Shown piece by piece: positions 61,941 to 64,000 of a stretch of 64,000 nt of DNA. The notes under the pieces are model-generated. The model searched no databases. It was not told the origin of the DNA and saw only the letters and a program-made list of their open reading frames with translations. The translations under genes and the position numbers were made by a program. How positions within the stretch are numbered: the first letter of the stretch is position 1; every line of letters begins with the position of its first letter. This DNA comes from Octopus vulgaris (taxonomy: Eukaryota): NCBI GenBank assembly GCA_951406725.2, contig OX597819.1, forward strand, positions 105,090,001 to 105,154,000, given 5' to 3'.

Positions 61941-62899
61941 TGGGAGAGCCTATATGCATTGCCTAGGCTGTTTGAAACAGCTGCCAAATTTCTCTAAAAT
62001 TATAAAAAAGAAGGGAAAAACATTAGATATTATAATCTCCCCATCACAACAACCATTGCCATCTGAAAAAAAAAATGATATTGTTACTTCAGCTGTAGTT
62101 GAACAGACATGCCTACATTTTACTTGTCAACAACCCAAGTGACAACATTGCTGTCTCTCTCAATTTTTCACTCTTAGAAAAGGACAAGGCCAAAAAAAGT
62201 TTGATTCTCCATGGCTTACAGCAACTGAACATACCAGATGTTGTTATGAATTAATTGTTCTCCTCATAGACAACCACTAGTTACCTTGGATTCCCAATTT
62301 AACTCTTTGTTCTCTTGGATTTTACATGTTCATTCATCAAGCCCCTGGCAATATATGGAAAAAGTGAATATAAAACTGATAGTGGTGGTGGCATTGATAG
62401 AAGACTTAGGTAAATTATCAACATCTCTGGGTTTGAGGAGCACAGTGGCTAAGGTCTTAAAGTAGTGTTCAACGAAGTTAGCAGTTCAAATCTCACCACA
62501 TCTGTTGTTTTATGTTTGGAAATACTATGCAAATCTGCTTTCCCCAGTTTGCTTCACAGGTGATTGCTTAACCTTAATTTGGATCTCCAGTTGTAATTAT
62601 CACCATTTATTACCCCTTTTCCGTACTGGCACGGGTTTGATGGTTTGATAGGCACTGACAAACCAGAGTGCTGCATCAGGCTTCAGTGTCTGCTTTGGCA
62701 TGACTTCTACAGCTGGATGCCCTTCCTAACAGCAACCACTTCACAGAGTGTACTGGGTGCTTTTTTTTTCATAACAGCAGCACTGATGATGTGACCAAGT
62801 ACTGAGTGGGTTATAGTTTTGAAGTATTGAGGGATATGAAAATATGATAAAGGGACAGGAGCAGGCTTGCTAACGAGGTGAATACATGACTCCCCCATC

Positions 62900-62901
<2 letters not shown>

Positions 62902-62960
<59 letters not shown>
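62902..62960. repeat. (GA)n microsatellite (also 18355-18394); numerous (TA)n and (CA)n tracts elsewhere
   Basis: Directly visible. Confidence 0.95.
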
Positions 62961-62964
<4 letters not shown>

Positions 62965-63904
62965 TAGGGATAGAACAGAAAATGTAGGTGGGTAGGTATG
63001 TCTCCAACAATATACAAATGTACAACATTTTGGAAAGAATAGATGCAAGCAAAATAAATACATGCATATATATAACACAGACAAGTCCTTGTATTTAAAA
63101 TTTTATATGTTTTTAATTGGTGAAAAGTCTCTAGTTGGTTAATCAGTGGTTCATTTTATTTTTGACATTGAGAGGGTCAAGAGAATGTTTGTAACTTGGT
63201 CTAAAGTAAATATTAGAAGGGACTTTGAGAAGAACTAGTTTTTCAGAAGACAGTGCTCATAACTTTTTACAGGTCCTCTGAGAATGGTGGGATGGAGAAA
63301 ATTATCCTCAAACTAGATACCTGGCTCAAATGCTTTCAAGAGAGTGAACCCCTCCACTAAAGGGATTTGAAGATGTCAGGTGGTGGTGTTAAACTGAGCA
63401 ATAGATTAAGTCTAGTACTCTAGGAGGCCATGGTAGAATTTGAACTCAGAATGCAAAGTGCTAGAACAAATACGACAAGAAACCAGGTGCAACATTTCCT
63501 TCAGTTCTGTCAATCCATTGCTCTGAATTGGTACTTCTTGATTGACCTCTGAAAGGGTGAAAAGCAAAGTAGACCTTGGCAGGATTTGAACTTAGAGTAC
63601 AGAGAGTCAGAGTAAATACTGCAAATATTCTGTCTGACATGCTTATGACTCTACTAGCTTGCCACTTTTATATCCTTTGCTGATACACATTGGACAAAGA
63701 CATATGCACAAGCATGCTCACATGCAAACACACATGCATGTGATGGGCTTTCAATTAGTTTCCATCAACCAAAGTCCTCTTTTAAAGTGTTGGTCCATTG
63801 AGGCTTAGGTAGAAGACATTTGTCCAAGGTGACAGGCAGTAGGATCGAACCAGTAACCATGTGATTCTAAAATGAACATCTTAACCTCATTGCTTTGCAT
63901 GCAC

Positions 63905-63998
63905 TCATAGCTAAGCTTGCATTCATAGCCATGCCTGCTCAAATGACCATGCTTTGTGTTCATAGCCATGCTTGTGTTCATAGTCATGCTTGCATTCA
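63905..63998. repeat. ~18-bp tandem repeat TCATAGCCATGCTTGCAT
   Basis: About five degenerate units at the head of a minus-strand SINE. Confidence 0.75.
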
Positions 63999-64000
63999 TT

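Noticed and set aside
61510-61997. His/Thr/Pro-rich ORFs
   Set aside because: Degenerate trinucleotide tract; not GALNT2 exon 3, as no catalytic-domain motifs were seen in 59281-64000.

Overview
AT-rich, repeat-dense eukaryotic DNA. The SINE and RTE-tail families point to a coleoid cephalopod, most likely Octopus (inferred from repeat recognition only). One protein-coding gene is well supported: the 5' part of a polypeptide GalNAc-transferase 2 (GALNT2) orthologue on the + strand. Coding exon 1 is 20585-20674, intron 1 is 38,244 nt, and exon 2 is 58919-59280; the gene continues beyond the window. A possible divergent gene starts at 9909 on the - strand. Most ORFs in the track are microsatellite or repeat artefacts. 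The rest is tRNA-derived SINEs, RTE/CR1/L1-type LINE relics, mariner derivatives, TTAA MITEs, Helentron-like HINEs and an 8-bp-TSD GGATCTTTTC foldback family. The most unusual signal is a set of short elements embedded in microsatellites that carry minimal type I hammerhead-ribozyme folds with non-canonical cores. It includes a 276-bp palindrome with a G3-C8-swapped hammerhead on each strand. Intron 1 also contains several long near-perfect inverted repeats.
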